Source of the DNA: Candidatus Cloacimonadales bacterium | Lineage (GTDB): Bacteria > Cloacimonadota > Cloacimonadia > Cloacimonadales > DAONDQ01 | Assembly: GCA_963662275.1 (NCBI GenBank) | Contig: OY759316.1 | Coordinates: 1,152,001-1,216,000, forward strand | Length of the DNA stretch: 64,000 nucleotides | Direction: 5' to 3' | Shown here: in pieces, positions 59,127 through 64,000 of the stretch | Position numbering within the stretch: the stretch's first letter is position 1 | How the letters are laid out: every line of letters starts with the position of its first letter | The notes under the pieces: generated by a model | Told to the model about the DNA's origin: nothing | Database searches by the model: none | What the model saw: the letters and a program-made list of their open reading frames with translations, nothing else | Position numbers and translations under genes: made by a program

Positions 59127-59336
59127 AGGTGATTAAGGTTTGTTAATATCGTTTAAACTTAAATAAAATGTACTGTACAGTACTGTACTTGTTACTTAAG
59201 TATTTTAGAATTAATAAAAGAGGTGTTATGTGAAATTTTATACACTTTACAGCTATCCTTAGTACTTTCCCACCCTTTTCTTGACATATAAAATCAAATA
59301 TTTTTCTATTTCTGATACAACACAAAGGAGGATATC

Positions 59337-60130
59337 ATGCGTTGGATTTGTATAATTTCATTGATTTTTACTTTTTGCTTTTCGCTGTTTGCTTCCAGTA
59401 CCCCTCCTGGCTCAATAGACATGGTCTATGTGGAAGGCAGTTCTTTCACCATGGGCGATACAGCCGGTGGAGGATCAAGCGATGAAAAGCCCACTCACCA
59501 AGTTACGCTTTCATCTTTTTATATCGGTAAATATGAAGTAACGCAAAAACAATGGCAGGAAGTCATGGGTAATAATCCATCATATTTCAAAGGCGATGAT
59601 CTACCTGTAGAACAGGTTAGCTGGTATGACTGTGTGGATTTCTGCAATAAACTGAGCCAAAAAGAAGATTTAACACCCTGCTACAGTGGAAGCGGAGCAA
59701 AAATCACCTGCAATTGGAATGCAAATGGTTATAGACTTCCTACGGAAGCAGAATGGGAATATGCTGCTAAAGGCGGTAATAAAAGTAAAGGTTTAAGATT
59801 TTCTGGAAGCAAAAAACTTCGTAGCGTGGCATGGTATTATGGTAACTCTTCCAAAACCAACCAGGTTGGACAGAAGCAGGCGAATGAACTTGGCATATAT
59901 GATATGACGGCAATGTCTGGGAATGGTGCTGGGACTGGTATGATAAAAGCTATTACAGTAAGAGCACTGCATCCAACCCGCAGGGTGCAGATGCGGGCTC
60001 GTACAGAGTCTTGCGGGGCGGTTCGTGGAACAGCTTCGGCTTCAACTGCCGTGTTTCCTGCCGCCCCGACTATTTCTCTCCCGACTGCGGGTACTTCTTC
60101 ATTGGGTTCCGTTTGTTTAGGGCTAAATGA
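59337..60130 (+). pseudogene. FGE-sulfatase (SUMF1/CLec-fold) exported protein with a 1-bp frameshift at ~59908
   Basis: KYEVTQ, LPVEQVSW, RLPTEAEWEYAA; after GIYDM the shifted frame reads [11 protein letters not shown]...RGGSW...IGFRL..* ending at 60130. Confidence 0.85.
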
Positions 60131-60405
60131 TTGGGTTTTGAGTTTTTGTTCTTTGGGCTTTCTTCAAGCTTTTAGCTTTCTGTGACATAAGATTGTATCT
60201 TGTTATAACCTGAAGTTTGCAACTGTAGGAGTCTCGTAACATAGAGTGGTACTCTGTTGTATGAGCGGATTGGTAATCCCCGATGGAAGTACAATTCGAC
60301 AATACCATTATCGATTACAACACATTGCCAATGTTAGTTACAAGATTGTCGTCCTGAAGGGCTCCAAGATTCCTGAAGTAATCTTTACGTTTCCTGAAGA
60401 AAACA

Positions 60406-61659
60406 CTACAAGCTAGAGGAAGTGAATAATTCTGCCAATTGCTTTGTCCTGTTCTTTGCTTCATATTTCTGAATTTCTTCCCAATTTGGATTGTGAATGA
60501 ATGACTTGGACTTAAAAGCAGCCTGGAAATCTAAAAGAGCTTGCATGATTTCTTTCTTATCATCAATATCAACTGTAATCCCTGTTTGCGTCTTAGAAAT
60601 GAATTGAGCTAAATCACTGTGCTTGTCGTTTAACAGGAGAATTGGGCGATTCGATCGAATACATTCGAATGCTTTCCCTGGAAATGTCCCATTCAGTTCT
60701 TTATTTTTTAACAGCATAATTAACAGAACATGAGAATTCATGAGGTTTTCAAGGCTCTGTTTGTGGGGGAGAAAACCGTGGAAAAGGAGTAATTTATGAT
60801 CGATGAGTTCTTTAAACTTTTTGCTGAATGTTTTATAGGGATATTTTGTTGAAAGATTTAATTGAATCCTAATCGAATGCTGCTTATAAATCTCCAGAAT
60901 CGCATCTGCGATTGGATCAAGCGGAACTAGTGAACTGACACTCCCTGAATAACCGATGGTTAAAACATCAAGATCTAAATCATTCACATCAGTATTCGTG
61001 GAGGGAAAATCAGCATCATCATATCCATTATAGAGAAATTCGAATTTATCCTGGAATTGAGGGTATCTTTCTTGATATATCTTCGCAATCGATTCAGATA
61101 CCTGGATGATGTGATCTGCATCACTAAAGCAGGTTTTCTCTAAATCACACTTTCTTTGATATAAATCGTTATGATAATTTCTATCGCTATAGATATTCAA
61201 GGTAAATGGATCCCTAAAATCAATGATGATCGGTATTCCGAACTTTCTTTTCAGTGTTGATACGATAGCCATCAGGGAAAAGCTGGGTACGGTCATATAT
61301 ATGGCTTCTATTTTCATTTGTTTCGTGATCCTGTCTATTTCCTTGATAAGGTAAGGAAGCCAGAGGATATATTCATCAGGTAAATAATTCAATAATCCCA
61401 TGCTGCGCAGCATCTTTTTTACTTCACCAGGCAAGAATTTCGGGAAATTTGGGAAGAAAGGTCTGATTATTTGAATATCACTCGGGATTTCCTCTAGCAT
61501 GGAAGGATCTTTTATCATTTTTGAAGACCATGTGGGAGGAGTTAAGACAATTGGATTCCAACCAACCTGGGGTAAGTATTTAACAAATTTGGTAACTCTC
61601 TGGACACCAATCCCTCCAATTGGAGGAAAAGAGGTTGATATGATAATGCAGTTCTTCAT
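60406..61659 (-). CDS. GT4 family glycosyltransferase
   Basis: FPPIGGIGVQRV.KFVKYL, DFRDP, NGYD, PGKAFE. Confidence 0.85.
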   Translation of the reverse strand: MKNCIIISTSFPPIGGIGVQRVTKFVKYLPQVGWNPIVLTPPTWSSKMIKDPSMLEEIPSDIQIIRPFFPNFPKFLPGEVKKMLRSMGLLNYLPDEYILWLPYLIKEIDRITKQMKIEAIYMTVPSFSLMAIVSTLKRKFGIPIIIDFRDPFTLNIYSDRNYHNDLYQRKCDLEKTCFSDADHIIQVSESIAKIYQERYPQFQDKFEFLYNGYDDADFPSTNTDVNDLDLDVLTIGYSGSVSSLVPLDPIADAILEIYKQHSIRIQLNLSTKYPYKTFSKKFKELIDHKLLLFHGFLPHKQSLENLMNSHVLLIMLLKNKELNGTFPGKAFECIRSNRPILLLNDKHSDLAQFISKTQTGITVDIDDKKEIMQALLDFQAAFKSKSFIHNPNWEEIQKYEAKNRTKQLAELFTSSSL

Positions 61660-61676
61660 GGTTGAACTACACTCTC

Positions 61677-62789
61677 TTATTGGGATTTTGACAAGCGATG
61701 CTGATGAGGAATGTATTCATTGATCAATCCTTCGAGTTTATCGATCATAATATCTTCTGTAAATTTGTCCTGAATTGTCTGCAAGGCATTAACACCCATT
61801 TCCAAGCGTAATTTATGATCTTCTATCACCTGGTTCATATCTCGAACTAAGGATTGAATATCGCCGGCTCTAAATAGAAATCCGTTGTGTTCATGTTTCA
61901 CGATTTCAGCTACACCGCCCACATTGGAGGATATCACGGGTATTCCCGCAGCCATATACTCTACGATCGTATTAGGGAAGCCTTCATCATAGGAAGCCAA
62001 CATCCCGACATTATACATGGATGACCACTCCAGGACATTCTTCTGGAATCCGGGAGTGATAATTCTATCTTCCATTCTCATTTGCCTTCTATTATGATTG
62101 ATCTCTTCCTTCAAATTACCATCGCCGCATATGATTAGATAGCATTCAGGATGTTTGATGATCACAAGACCAAAAGCGCGTATCACATCTCCAATTCCTT
62201 TTGCTCGAACTAATTGTACATTCATTCCGAACACAAATGCACCAGGAGGTATCCTGTTATCTTCCTTTAATTGCAGAACTGAGTCCGGATCAACGGGAAC
62301 CGGATTCCTACCGTTATAAATCACGGAATACATTTCCGGCTTTAGCCAATGATAAGTATTTTGAGCCTTGTCGAGAATTGCTTGACATGGTGCAATTGTA
62401 TGGGTAACAAAGTGCTTGGAAAGAAATCTATTCTTCTTCGAATTATTGAGATCAGTATAGTTCCCGACTCGACGGATATTGGGAATACCGGCTAATTTCG
62501 CAGCAACTCCGCCCACCGTTATTTCTTTGGTTGTATTTGTGAATACTACATCGATCTTATTCTTTTTAATGAACTGATAGATGAAGGAAATGATGATGGG
62601 GCTATAATCACTAACGGAATTGATTTCAACGATCTTGATATTCTTAGGTGCATATTGGTTTAATTCAGATTTTTTAGTGGAAATAATCCAGCAGTGATGA
62701 CCCCGTTTTTCCAGGGCTTCCACTGCTCTGCACATCCATCCGACGACTCCGCCAAATTTCCCTTTTGTATTGATAAACAGAATATTCAT
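61677..62789 (-). CDS. GT4 family glycosyltransferase
   Basis: IYNG, KG, EGFPNTIVEYMAAG. Confidence 0.9.
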   Translation of the reverse strand: MNILFINTKGKFGGVVGWMCRAVEALEKRGHHCWIISTKKSELNQYAPKNIKIVEINSVSDYSPIIISFIYQFIKKNKIDVVFTNTTKEITVGGVAAKLAGIPNIRRVGNYTDLNNSKKNRFLSKHFVTHTIAPCQAILDKAQNTYHWLKPEMYSVIYNGRNPVPVDPDSVLQLKEDNRIPPGAFVFGMNVQLVRAKGIGDVIRAFGLVIIKHPECYLIICGDGNLKEEINHNRRQMRMEDRIITPGFQKNVLEWSSMYNVGMLASYDEGFPNTIVEYMAAGIPVISSNVGGVAEIVKHEHNGFLFRAGDIQSLVRDMNQVIEDHKLRLEMGVNALQTIQDKFTEDIMIDKLEGLINEYIPHQHRLSKSQ

Positions 62790-64000
62790 TACTTCCCAAA
62801 CTGCAATTTATATAATTGCTGATATCTCTGGCAAGATTGAAGTAACTCTTCATGTTTACCGATTCCAACAATTTTACCATGTTCTAATACTACGATCTTA
62901 TCAGCAGTCAGGATTGTAGATAGCCGATGGGCAATGACAACAACTGTCCGATTTGCCGTAGCTTTATCAATAGCATCCTGGACTTTTCTTTCTGAATCTG
63001 TATCAAGAGCGCTGGTAGCTTCATCAAAAATCAGGATTGGAGGATCACCAACAATTGCACGAGCAATACAAAGACGCTGTTTTTGCCCACCGGAAAGATT
63101 GGAACCTTTTGTTTGAAGAAGTTCATCATATTGCCCAGGGAAATGAATAATGAATTCTGAAGCGCTGGCGATGTCACATGCCGTCTGTACCTGTTCATCT
63201 GAAACAGGAACCGAACTGCCGTAACTGATGTTATTCCTGACAGTATCCGTAAACAGCACTGAATCCTGGGTCACAACGCCATATAGGTTTCGGAGATCGA
63301 TCAGTTTTATTTTTTGGATAGGAATTGAATCAACTAGTATCTGTCCCGAATTATAATCATACATGCGGTTCAGTAAGTTCGCAATCGTTGTTTTTCCTGA
63401 CCCGCTGCTGCCGATAATGGCAACTTTTTCACCTTTCACGATATCGAAGCTGATATGTGAGAGTACATCCTTTGTTCCTGTATAAGAAAACGAAACATCC
63501 TGGAAGGAGATTCTATCTGTAAAACCGGTCTTTTCTATGGGGTTTGGATCTTCAGCAATTTCGCTTTGCCGGTTCAGGATCACAGAGATTCTTTCCAATG
63601 AAACCAACGCACGTTTAATGTCATTGTATGCTTTGGTAACAGCTTTTGTGGGTTGAAGCATGGAAAAGACAGCAAAAAGGAAGGCTGTAAATTCACCAAA
63701 GGAAAAAGTACTGGTCTTGCCAATGATCTGAGTACCGCCCATAAAAACGATCAGGACTCCAATGATCACAGTATTCATCTCTGCGATGGGTATATTCAGT
63801 CCATCTAACAGATCTGATACCCGCCAAAGGTGGAAATACCTGTTATTGATCTTATTAAACTTCTTATACTCAAATTCTTCATGCGAAAAAGCTTTCACAA
63901 TTCGCATACTGTTAAGTGCTTCTTCTACATTGCTGAACATGGAAGAGAACTGTGATTGTATCTTTTTAGAGTTCCTTTTCAGCTTTTTGCCGATATACGT
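62789..64000 (-). CDS. ABC exporter ATP-binding/permease (MsbA-like), 5'-truncated by the window edge
   Basis: Frame open to 64000; GSSGSGKT, LSGGQKQR, DEATSALD, IAHRL. Confidence 0.9.
   Translation of the reverse strand, partial: TYIGKKLKRNSKKIQSQFSSMFSNVEEALNSMRIVKAFSHEEFEYKKFNKINNRYFHLWRVSDLLDGLNIPIAEMNTVIIGVLIVFMGGTQIIGKTSTFSFGEFTAFLFAVFSMLQPTKAVTKAYNDIKRALVSLERISVILNRQSEIAEDPNPIEKTGFTDRISFQDVSFSYTGTKDVLSHISFDIVKGEKVAIIGSSGSGKTTIANLLNRMYDYNSGQILVDSIPIQKIKLIDLRNLYGVVTQDSVLFTDTVRNNISYGSSVPVSDEQVQTACDIASASEFIIHFPGQYDELLQTKGSNLSGGQKQRLCIARAIVGDPPILIFDEATSALDTDSERKVQDAIDKATANRTVVVIAHRLSTILTADKIVVLEHGKIVGIGKHEELLQSCQRYQQLYKLQFGK

Overview
AT-rich bacterial chromosomal window. T9SS-like CTD proteins, PorV-like and OmpA genes and the repeat types suggest Candidatus Cloacimonadota or a related FCB anaerobe; this is inference. 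In order: a secretion-associated trio; a restriction/methylase remnant; an ArsR-ArsP-CcdA-thioredoxin-Acr3 cluster; a 1861-bp IS with an 8-bp target duplication; a nucleotide-sugar dehydrogenase; a 9-gene operon (ECF transporter, TonB-dependent receptor and four exported proteins resembling a Cys-less molybdopterin-binding domain) behind a Moco/Tuco-type riboswitch with a visible SD-sequestering switch; an Ino1 + TagF-like + inositol-1-P cytidylyltransferase cluster; a large secreted protein; an Eis-like GNAT; a putative defence operon (DUF4062-STAND-TPR, PfkB-like/AAA/RyR, truncated DUF4062, TIR-TIR); a GH13; a long housekeeping/LPS operon; a type II R-M locus with scars of a displaced BsuBI/PstI-type system; a frameshifted FGE-sulfatase gene with a DGR-like variable region; and glycosyltransferase/ABC genes. 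Intergenic DNA is dense with REP-like, 7-mer, 11-mer and longer dispersed repeats. I recognised no rRNA, tRNA or CRISPR array. Best candidates for undescribed systems: the riboswitch-controlled pterin-cofactor uptake operon (15429-22859), the RyR/DUF4062/TIR operon (33671-41401) and the CDP-inositol/TagF cluster (23756-27895). All family assignments come from reading motifs by eye, not from database searches.
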